DNA from: Octopus bimaculoides
Taxonomy: Eukaryota
Direction: 5' to 3'
Length of the DNA: 64,000 nucleotides
Assembly: GCF_001194135.2 (NCBI RefSeq)
Contig: NC_068997.1
Coordinates: 16,294,967-16,358,966 of the forward strand
In this document: positions 53,430 to 64,000 of the stretch, piece by piece
Numbering within the stretch: the stretch's first letter is position 1
Layout of the letters: every line of letters begins with the position of its first letter
Program-made: the position numbers and the translations under genes
The notes under the pieces: model-generated
The model's input: the letters and a program-made list of their open reading frames with translations, nothing else
Database searches by the model: none
What the model was told of the DNA's origin: nothing

Positions 53430-53651
53430 CCCTTTTGTTACCTTTTTTTTTTTTTGAGATGCTCTGTTTCTTTCAATTAATTTTAAATATAACAAAGGAT
53501 TTAGTAAAATAACTTATTTATCATTAAGCTAGTTTTAGGAACATAAATTGTGACTAAGGTTTGGTGGAAGATTTTAATTCAGGACTTTTGAAAACAAGAC
53601 ATTTGTACAACAGAGCTAGAGGCAGTTTCAGCCAGGTTGATATCAAAAGGG
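53430..53651. mobile_element. piggyBac-type MITE (222 bp)
   Basis: TTAA on both sides (53426-53429, 53652-53655); termini CCCTTTTGTTACC and reverse-complement CCCTTTTGATATC. Confidence 0.85.
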
Positions 53652-53679
53652 TTAAGGGGATGGTAAATTATGATCTCAG

Positions 53680-54880
53680 ATTTCAGGATACAGCCTGTAA
53701 TTTCACCCTTATGAAACTCATACATAAATACTTACGGAGTGTGAGGAGGAGTTTACGATGAGCTTATTCCCAAGGTACCTATTGTTATAGAGATTGTTTC
53801 AGTTCCCACATTCTGCTTGCCTCTCTTTCCAAGCCTTTGTACGTGGATACTTTCTCAGTTTTGTTTAGAGATATATTATTGCTTGTTATGACCGATGCTT
53901 CAACTATGAAACATTTTCTTACTTGGACCTCAGAAATGGGCCAATTAACCTTGTCTCTATGAACCGGCATATCTGAGAGTACAGTCACTTTATCATTCTC
54001 TGAGACCTTTACTGGTGTATCCTTAAATTACATCTTTCTTGTTTGGTAATTGTGGCATAGCTTACAGTTATGAAAGCTTCAGTGTTGTTATACTCGTTGG
54101 TGAATTCTTCCTTGGGCAACCAGAGATAAAGTAATATTTAATTGTTTCTTCCTAAACTCCATGTGTTCTGTTGTTACTTAATGTTTTCTGCTTCATTTCA
54201 TGCTTTTTGTGGCTTATTGTAAAAGAGGCTTTGATCCTGTACCACAGTCAAGAATCCTTCAATGTCAGCTTTGAGTCTTGTGCTTCTCAGCCAGTGTTGC
54301 ATATTTTTATTTGCTTGTTTCCATCCTGTTAAGTTTTTCTCAGGTATTATTATTAGTCCTGTAAAGGCTTTTCTTGCCATCCCTTAAACATTGCATTCTG
54401 TAGCCCCGTACACAATTTAGCATTGTTTAGCTTTTTTTTCACATTTTCTATTCTTTCTTCCTTTTCCACTCAACTGCATCATTTTAGCCTCTGTTTTGAC
54501 TCTGTTGTCTTCTTCCTTCAAGACAGAAAGCAATTTCAGTTTTGTGTATATTTGTTGCTGGCCACACAAGACCCTAGTCAGCTTGTATTCAATCTCTCTC
54601 ATGTCAGATTTTGGATCCTACATTCTGAATGAAGATTTGGGGGGGGGGGGNNNNNNNNNNGGGGGGGGGTCCCTTTTATCTTTCTAGCATTGGTAGTTCA
54701 TTTAGCATCCAATTGAGATTATCATAACTATAATTTACCACTAAAAGCAGCTATAGCATTGATGCCTGTTATCCTATAGAGCTCTGTATTAAGTATTAAC
54801 CTTACGTGCCTATAATATTCTGCCATAATCCTCTTTTTCGTGTGTGTTGCATTATTATTTAAGGCAGCAAGAATTGTTAG
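53680..54880 (-). mobile_element. R4/Dong-like non-LTR retrotransposon, C-terminal part (post-RT region and restriction-like endonuclease)
   Basis: Minus-strand peptides RIMAEYYRHVRLILNTEL, QHWLRSTRLKADIEGFLTVVQDQSL and ENDKVTVLSDMPVHRD...KCFIVEASV...NISLNKTEKVSTYKGLEREASRMWELK...GTLG match R4/Dong-type blocks (WL..LK.ETEG..AAQDQ; EK..KY..L..E...W...IG.LG). Confidence 0.8.
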
Positions 54881-54884
54881 CACG

Positions 54885-55050
54885 CTGGACTGCTTAGTGG
54901 CATTTTGTCTGTCTTTACATTCTGAGTTCAAATGCCACCAAGGTTGACTTTGCCCTTCATCCTTTTGAGGTCGATGAAATAAGTACTAGTCAAGTACTGA
55001 GGTCAATGTAATCGACTTCCACCTCCCCTCAAAACCTGCCCTCTCTGTGT
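54885..55050 (+). mobile_element. Family A SINE abutting the R4/Dong-like fragment
   Basis: GTTAGCACGCTGGACTGCTTAGTGGCATTTTGTCTGTCTTTACATTCTGAGTTCAAATGCCACCAAGGTTGACTTTGCC. Confidence 0.85.
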
Positions 55051-55148
55051 GCCAAAATTCGAGATCGTTTTTTGTTGTTGTTGTTTTCCATTTCATGAAT
55101 TATTGGGCAAACTTGTCAATTTAGTAAAATGGTATGAATACATATGCA

Positions 55149-55224
<76 letters not shown>

Positions 55225-56129
55225 AATAACGATTGTATCAACAAAAACAACAATAGGGTTTAAATACATTCTATTTCTTGCGAGATATTTGTTAATTAAG
55301 TCGCCATTATATTTTATTAAAAGATTAATACTAAACCTATAAAAGAAAATATAGAAGAAAAAAATACGTTGGCAACAACAACAACAACATTAATAAAATT
55401 AACAACATTATTCACAACACCAGTATTCTGTAATCAACAATAACAATGTCATCTACAAAGGTGGATGATGATGATGATGATGTTGATGTGATAATAACAT
55501 TAACAACAGGCTACAACATTAACGAAATTAACTACAATAACAACAATGTTAACTACAATAAAACAAAAAAACAAGACAGCATGAAATTTGAAAGGGGGAA
55601 AAAGTCTGTAACTAAAATATCTTTTTGAAACAAAAAAACAAAAAGAAAGAATTACAGGGAAATGAACCAAACATTTTCTAATTCATCATGATCATTATCA
55701 TAATCATAATCATCGTCCTCGTCATCATCATCATCATCGTTATTTGTTTATTATTTTCACTCATTATATTTCTCATTGTTTTGTTTGTTATTTATTAATT
55801 GTTGTTGTTTGTCCTATTCATATTCTAATCACGGTTTCGAACATCTTCCCAACACTGACATGGAGAGTTCTTTGTTGGTTGATTTGTTGGTTTATATTAA
55901 TGCTGTTGTTTTTGGGGTTCTTTTATTATTATTTTTTTTTTTTTTGTCATTTATTTGTTTTTTTGTCTTTTGCTTGTCTGGCTGAACTGACTGTTTGTCT
56001 GTTTGACTGACTCTTCCAATCAATTCATTGAGATTATTTGGATTGATTGCTTTCTTTCTCCCATCTCCCCCCCCCCCACTCTCCCGTCCCTTCCTTTATT
56101 CCTCTTCTTCTTCTTATCAACTCATCACC

Positions 56130-56720
56130 CATTCTCACAAACATGCTCAGTGGACTTCTGGTTTTGTACATCTTGATAGCATCTCATCATGTTCTTCTTA
56201 CTTTATTGCTTCTATTGTCTTGATATCACTATTCTACTTAATGCCATCGGCAACTCCTTGCTTTCTTAGGTGCTGTTATTTTTTGGGATTTTCTCTGTCT
56301 TTGGTATGGAACACCTATCGTCAATCTACTTAGAAAGTTTATTGTTGTTGTTCATCTCCAGGTCAGCTGTCACCAACCTGGTGTATTACTTTTATTTTTT
56401 AACCTTGTGTACCTTGGGTTATATTCTTCGATGTGTCCTTACTGTTTTCAAGACACTGTTTATGTGATTTGGAAGAGTTTTGACTTCTATTCTTCACAGA
56501 TTAAGCAATGGCTTGGAGCTTGAGCCATTCATTTACTGTGGTATTCATCGCTAAGTTTTTGACTTGATAACCCTCCCTTTTTGTATTTTTCTTTTTCCAA
56601 TCTACCTGAACTTAAATGCTGAAAGTTAAGAGATTCTCATATTGCAGCTCTGTTCTTCACAGTTGATCCAGTTTAATAAAACACTCCATAGCATCTCTTT
56701 GCATGAGTTCCCAAGTCATG
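56130..56720 (-). mobile_element. R4/Dong-like element, N-terminal (pre-RT) part, heavily decayed
   Basis: Degenerate AMECF, KLSD (RLAD-like), NEWL, HINSVLK and ELP..W-like blocks in the expected order on the minus strand. Confidence 0.5.
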
Positions 56721-57028
56721 TCATCATTCTCATTTCACAACAATGCACCTTCAAGGACATGGTAAATAGAGATAAACCATGGTGTCGATGGGTAATTTTT
56801 ACCTAATTATATATTTTCAATGGAAGCCAGATCTCTATTTCCTTGCAGATTTTGTAAATCTTGAAGGGCTTATCTGCTTCAGTTCTAATTCCCCACCTTC
56901 GATAAATAAATATATAGACAAGAGATATCTAGCTGTGCTACTGAATGAATGATATATGTTTGAAAAGCTCAAGAGGGTTGGTTAGGTAGGTATATCTGGA
57001 TATTTCTGTCCATTTAATACATACACAC

Positions 57029-57075
<47 letters not shown>

Positions 57076-57162
57076 ATCAGAAATCTTCGCTTCAATTAAA
57101 ATGGATGTGTGTGTGTATTAGAAGGTCCAGCAACTTAATAGCATCAATTAAAAGTCTAAATA

Positions 57163-57204
<42 letters not shown>

Positions 57205-57531
57205 GTCTCTCTCTCTCTCTCTCCCTCTCTCTCTTTCTTCGTCTCTGTCTGCCTCTAAGAATATGGTGTAGGCAAGGTGTGTAGGTGTGCAGTACAGTGG
57301 AAAGAGGATTCGTGGTGAGAGGTGAAAAATGGCAAGGAGCTTGCGATGGAGACGCAGCTGTGCTTTGTTGGCAGAGAGTGCAGCAGGGGAAAGATTTCCA
57401 TAAGACAAACTGCAGCAGGGAAGATTCTTTCTTCAAACCAACCACTGCCACTGCCCTCTGCTTTACCCTTCTCCCCACGACCACCACCAAACACTCATTT
57501 TTCGATGCCCTCCCCTCTACCTCTTCTGTCC

Positions 57532-57565
57532 ATCCATCCATCCATCCATCCATCCATCCATCCAT
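57532..57565. repeat. (CCAT)n microsatellite
   Basis: Direct inspection. Confidence 0.9.
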
Positions 57566-57916
57566 CCTCGCCACTTTTCATTCACTGCCATCAGCACCAC
57601 CAATACCCTTCCCTCCTTTCTACCCATTAATCAATGCTCGGTTTGTTAATTACGTTGCTACAATTTTACAATTAAGGAAATGACTTTTTTCTTGTTGTTG
57701 TTGTTGCTGCTGTTGTTGTTCTTGTTGGTGTTACTATTTTATTCTTTTGTAAAAATTTTTTTTTTACTTTCCTTTTTTTTTCTATTTTAATCCTTAACTT
57801 TTTACCTTTTTTTTTTTGCATTTCATTTTTTTATTTATTTAGAAATTCTGTTTTACTTCACTATTTTATCCCTTTTTTAAAATTTTTAACCACTTTTATT
57901 TTCATTCTCCTTTCAC

Positions 57917-57947
<31 letters not shown>

Positions 57948-58092
57948 ATTCTATCTGTCTGTCTCTAATTCTCTCTTTTTCACTGCTTGACTTTCTCTTC
58001 TCTCTCTCTCTTGCCACTCTTTCTCAATTTATGATTTAGCTTTTCTCTCTACACCTCCATATTCTATTCATCTTTTCTTTCTCTCTCTCCCT

Positions 58093-58125
<33 letters not shown>

Positions 58126-58618
58126 CTTCTCATCAGAACTTTTCGTTTATCCAGTCTTCCTTATACCTCTGCCCAGTCCTCTCTTATCATATTCTTGGCA
58201 ATCCTCCTCCACTTCTTTGCTCTGTCTCATTTCCAATTAACTTTTCCTTCTGTCTGTTTTTCTTTCTTTGCTTTTATTTTATTTATTTTTAGCAAGCAAA
58301 CCTTACTCATTTATTTATTCATTTATTTTGTTGCATATGTGTATATTGTATGTGGATACTCTCCCATATTAATGTATGTATGTTTATGTTTTTGTATGTA
58401 TATGCATTCATAAATTTCTTCATTCACCTCTTGGTGTGTATTTTGTTTTTGCTCTTAGCTCTATCTATTTCTTCTTTGTATGTATGTGTTTATTGGTGTA
58501 TATCGAATTGTGAATATATGAATTCTTCTTGTCTGTTAATCTCTTTCTGTTCTCCAGAAATGCAGACACGCTAATACATATATATTTAATCAAATTTATG
58601 TATATATATATGTATATA

Positions 58619-58667
<49 letters not shown>

Positions 58668-60349
58668 GTATATATATATATATATTTATATAATGTGTCC
58701 AAGTGTGTGCGTCTGTAGATTTATGAAAAATTGAAATATATATTTATTAAGATATACCTACATATATATACATATACACACATATACACACACACACGTA
58801 TACAAATATATTGGGTTTTTTCACCCTACAAACTCAAGCACTCCTAAATGAGTGACTACACACTTATACACAAGTCTAAATTTTATTCTTTATCCTTGGG
58901 AGAAATTAACTTTCTGCACGTTAAGGGGTTGATCTTTCACGTTTCAAAGCGTGGTCGTGTAATTTGTAATTCACTGATGCAAACCACTGGTCTAGAAAAC
59001 TAATTTAGGCCTTTATGAGTAGTGGTTGGTGGTGGCAGAGACAGTGATGGTGAGAGTAACAGGGGGAGTAGTACAGCAGGGAGCAGGGTTGTCTTGCACA
59101 CACCATCAATGCTGCTACTAATATATGAACTATTGCCCCACGCCCCATACTCCTACCTGATTTTGCTGTCAACACCACCATATGCATATAGAAACATATG
59201 CATGTACACATATATGGATGCACAGAAACGCCTACACAAATGCACTATTGCTTCTATTGCCACTACCATTGCAACCATTAAGATCATTATCACTCGCTGC
59301 CATCATCAATGTTACCACCGCACACATATACAAACACACACACTTCACTGTGACCACCACTGCTTATGGCCACTGCCACCATCAACAACACTGTGGTTAT
59401 CAATACACAGACACACAGGCATAGATAGCCTCTCATCCTCCCCAACTCAGCCCGATGTAGTTAATTGGCTCGAGGTCCTGCCACTATTATACACCAGCTA
59501 ATTAACACTGTGGCCCTTACCAATTCACACAGAGGCTCTTGCAGTTGTTGTGTTTGCTGCAGTGTCAGCATTGCACCCATTCTCTTAAACATCACTGTTC
59601 TGTCTCTCCGCCTTCCCATCTCTTTATTACAACCACCGCCACCCATTCGCAGCACATCCAATTCACCCATCTTGACTAACTCTCTCTTTTTCTCTCGAGC
59701 CCCCTCCTGGCATCGCCTCGCTGAACACTTGGAGCACTTTGTGTTTGCTGTGCTGGCAAGAATACTAAAACAACATCAAAAAAAAAAAGAAAAAGTAAAA
59801 AAGAAAACTATCTGGAATATCAATCACATCCATACCATATTGTACAGTGTTGTTGTTCTATCATACCATCATACATTGTCATTCTAGTGCCAAATTATGT
59901 CATAGCAGGTATTATGCTCTGTTTATATATTTTCTGCAGCCACACTCTGAAGTACCATGGCAACGCATTACCCTGCAATACAACACCATGTCATGTTATA
60001 TATTGTCTTACCGTGCGTTACTGTCAGGTCATAGTATGGTATTCAACCATTTTTGCTCTCTGCTAAACCTATCAGAAATAGTGAGGTTATCTTTTGTGGC
60101 ATGATTTCTTTCTGGTACCTTACTGCTAAGTTCTTTTGCCTTGAAGAGACAAAGATGCTGGTGTGTGTGTGTGTTGATTGATAGATAGACAAAACCATCT
60201 CTGCACACATGTAAAAACAGATATACTGCATACATCATTTGCATAACACTGTTGTATATAGCAACATAAATAGCAAGACTAAAGTACATTGTCACACATG
60301 CTTGCACATGCATGTACGAAAGCAACGGTGTTGTTTGTTTACAATTCTC

Positions 60350-60535
60350 TGCCAAAGCTTATCCAGCCATTGAGCTGTTTGTTGGTCAGAGGACCAGGAG
60401 AATATATTATGCTACTTGGAGACAGGTTAGGGCTTTACAGCAAGAACATTTGGCCATAGAAAGGTCTGCCTCATCGCAATCATGTGAACCACGCAAGCAT
60501 GGAAAAGCAGATATTAAAACAATGAAGATGGTTAT
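60350..60535 (+). mobile_element. Decayed family D repeat
   Basis: TTGGCCATAGAAAGGTCTGCCTCA...AACCACGCAAGCATGGAAAAGCAGATATTAAAACAATGAAGATG parallels the 27.6 kb tail. Confidence 0.55.
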
Positions 60536-60590
60536 ACTTACAAAGTTATGCACTTGCAAAACCACATGTCTTTCTCCCATGTGATGCATC

Positions 60591-60653
<63 letters not shown>

Positions 60654-62321
60654 CACGCACACATATATACAGACACACTCACATACAGGATATGCAATAA
60701 CTATGCATACATGTATGTGTATAAGCATAACTACATGCATACACCCCCACCTGTACTTACACCATAAATATAATATTATACACACACACACATACAGTTG
60801 GAGATATCCACCAAAAAAAAAAAAAACAAGAAGCACATACTCGTGTACAAACAGCTGCTGTTAATATAGAAAACAGCAGCAACAACAACATCTGTAGAAC
60901 AAAACAATAGAGAACACAAGACAAATAGCCACTCTGATAAGCTTATTTCTTTCATTTCTCTTTACTGTCGCTGCTCCTGTTGTTGTCGTTACTATTTACA
61001 TAAGATCATTTTTCTACTGTTGTTCAAGCAAATACTAACCTTCACCCCACATATGCTGCCATACCACATCTATCTCTACCCCCCACCACTCTCTAGTGTC
61101 TGTCTGTATGTCTTTCAGTCTATGTTCAATATACCTATCTGTTTGTCTGTCTGCCTTCCTATCTATCTATCTGTCTATCTATCTACCTGTCTACCTGTTT
61201 GTCTATCTACTTGTCTATCTATTTATCTGTCTGTCTTTCTGTCTACCTACCTGTCTAGCTAGCTAGCTATTTGTCTCAATGTGTTTCTGCCAATCTAGCC
61301 AACTCTCTATCTAGTCACCATGTAGTGGTAAGTTTGAGCCAGAGAGATGGACAGAAGGAAACATACCAAGTTGGAAGAAGATTACGAAGGATGGACGAAA
61401 GATACAAGGGAAAGGAAATTGTGTTTGTGAAAAAAAAAAAAAAAGTGTAGAGAATGACAAAAAAAACAAAACATGAAGAGAATTATCTTCAGTATATGAA
61501 GTAGCACTGATATCAGTGTGCAATGACCATTTATGAAAGGTGTTAGAAATTGTTTCAGCTTACCAGGTATTTCCTGGCTGATTATAGCAGAAACTGTGTC
61601 GGTTATAAAGGAACTACCATATAACAGTTGGCAGCCATAGCAAATCTGGTCACAAGATTTTATCTCTTCAACCAATCTTGNNNNNNNNNNNNNNNNNNNN
61701 NNNNNNNNNNNNNNNNNNNNNNNNNNNNNNNNNNNNNNNNNNNNNNNNNNNNNNNNNNNNNNNNNNNNNNNNNNNNNNNNNNNNNNNNNNNNNNNNNNNN
61801 NNNNNNNNNNNNNNNNNNNNNNNNNNNNNNNNNNNNNNNNNNNNNNNNNNNNNNNNNNNNNNNNNNNNNNNNNNNNNNNNNNNNNNNNNNNNNNNNNNNN
61901 NNNNNNNNNNNNNNNNNNNNNNNNNNNNNNNNNNNNNNNNNNNNNNNNNNNNNNNNNNNNNNNNNNNNNNNNNNNNNNNNNNNNNNNNNNNNNNNNNNNN
62001 NNNNNNNNNNNNNNNNNNNNNNNNNNNNNNNNNNNNNNNNNNNNNNNNNNNNNNNNNNNNNNNNNNNNNNNNNNNNNNNNNNNNNNNNNNNNNNNNNNNN
62101 NNNNNNNNNNNNNNNNNNNNNNNNNNNNNNNNNNNNNNNNNNNNNNNNNNNNNNNNNNNNNNNNNNNNNNNNNNNNNNNNNNNNNNNNNNNNNNNNNNNN
62201 NNNNNNNNNNNNNNNNNNNNNNNNNNNNNNNNNNNNNNNNNNNNNNNNNNNNNNNNNNNNNNNNNNNNNNNNNNNNNNNNNNNNNNNNNNNNNNNNNNNN
62301 NNNNNNNNNNNNNNNNNNNNN

Positions 62322-62385
62322 TATATGGGAGAATATACAAAAAATAACAACAGACGAGGACAGGTGGTGTAAATAACAAAAGTAT
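62322..62385 (+). repeat. Fragment of a common Octopus dispersed repeat (possibly Penelope-related)
   Basis: GGGAGAATATACAAAAAATAACAACAGACGAGGACAGGTGGTGTAAATAACAAAA, recognised from memory only; abuts a gap. Confidence 0.35.
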
Positions 62386-63594
62386 ATATATATATATATG
62401 ACCCATTATGTCACTGCTAGTTCAAGTTATAAAACATTGAAACTGCTTTTGACATTGCATTGAAATTAAAGTTAATTTTATGATGATTCAGTTAAATATT
62501 TCAACTGGTTTGTGCCATCATAGGTCTGGTTTACAAGTTCATGTTTAGGGTTTTATTGGTTATTTACTGCATCTAATAGAAACAGAACTTCTGGGATAAA
62601 TTTGAACTCCAATAACAGCATTTATTTAAGGCATATGTGCACACTTCTACAAAAATGCAAAAGGAATTGTTGTATAACATAAACATAAAATTAATGGAAA
62701 CAATTTTCACTGTATTATACATTCCTATTTCAGCGTTATATTACTTTCGGAGTATTTTCCCATTATGTGCCATTTTGGCTATTTATGATGGTATCCAAAA
62801 AACTGCATATCTCAGGAATTCATGGTCTGATTTACATGAAACTTGTTTTATTCTGTTTGTATTCACATTTCAGGGGTACTTACTTTTCCCATTTTGTGTC
62901 AGTTTAGCTGTATTAAATTGCAGACAAGCACCCAAGCAAGATGTAGCCAGTTTTATATAAATAGACTTATTTCATGAATTATATATTTGAAAAATGTCTT
63001 CCATCCAAGACAAGTATGGTAGTTTGTTCCTGCATTTGTCAGTGTCTAGATTTAATCTTTTGAATTCGGTGAAATACCTATACAGCACACTTTCGTTATT
63101 ACATGCTACCCATGCCATATAGTGACACTCCATTGCTTGCAGCAATGACCTGTCGCATCCTTAGTTATGTAGCCTAAGTTAAGATGGCTCTTAATATATG
63201 AACCCAACGTCATACCAGTGATCGAACAAACAAGTTTATTTCTTTTTGATCAATCTAGTTCTTTGTCATCTTGAGACACATTCAGCTGCCATACTTTCTT
63301 TCCTCACCTGCCTGTGAGTGTTATCAGGATCAGATCACTTTTTAACTTCATGGCATCGTCCTCATCTGCCCTTTAAAAAAATTAAGTTTTTTTGTTTTTT
63401 TTACATCATGCTTGCTTAGATAAAACAACTCTGTCTCTAAAGCAATAAGAAGACAGTAAAATTATAACTAAGAGCCATGGCATAAATTTCTATGTGCATG
63501 TATGTGCATTTTATGCATAGATACAATAAAATCACTTGTATCAGTAATATGGTATAGCATGAAAGCGATTAACTCTGATAGATGATTGACCATT

Positions 63595-63636
<42 letters not shown>

Positions 63637-63815
63637 NNNNNNNNNNNNNNNNNNNNNNNNNNNNNNNNNNNNNNNNNNNNNNNNNNNNNNNNNNNNNNNN
63701 NNNNNNNNNNNNNNNNNNNNNNNNNNNNNNNNNNNNNNNNNNNNNNNNNNNNNNNNNNNNNNNNNNNNNNNNNNNNNNNNNNNNNNNNNNNNNNNNNNNN
63801 NNNNNNNNNNNNNNN

Positions 63816-63850
<35 letters not shown>

Positions 63851-64000
63851 TGTGTAGTTGATAAAGTCAAATTCAAACAATTAGCGTGCATGAAATTAAA
63901 AATATAAAATAGTGACAATTTATCCATCCCACCCTGTATATCTTGTGTGTGTGTGTGTATATATCATTCGTCATCATCATTTAGCATCTGTTTTCCATGG

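Noticed and set aside
60312-60584. 90-aa ATG ORF MYESNGVVC...
   Set aside because: Largely overlaps a decayed family D repeat whose tail is recognisable at the DNA level.
2617-63927. Long ORFs full of X, YIYI, CVCV, HTHT, ERER or SLSL in the ORF track
   Set aside because: Products of N gaps and dinucleotide microsatellites, not genes.

Overview
AT-rich, microsatellite-dense eukaryotic DNA, most likely Octopus: the dispersed SINE/MITE families match those I recall from Octopus genomes (recall, not a database hit). About 5 kb is N gaps, mostly flanked by (TA)n. I could not identify any complete or nameable protein-coding gene; nearly all ORFs in the track are microsatellite or gap artefacts. 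Well supported: decayed non-LTR retrotransposons (RTE RT region ~16.4-17.7 kb; L1/Tx1-like ~21-22.3 kb; an RTE-type 3' end with three C2H2 fingers ~50.3-50.8 kb; an R4/Dong-like element lacking its RT core ~53.7-56.7 kb), many tRNA-derived SINEs, one Tc1/mariner-type MITE and one piggyBac-type MITE. CpG is retained left of ~10-11 kb and decayed to the right, which suggests a promoter region followed by the methylated body (mostly intron) of a long gene, probably on the + strand. Several short candidate exons and promoters rest on splice or core-promoter motifs only and need RNA evidence. I found no clear new biological system; the best leads are the multi-finger retrotransposon tail, the CpG boundary, and candidate internal/antisense promoters at ~36 kb and ~47 kb.
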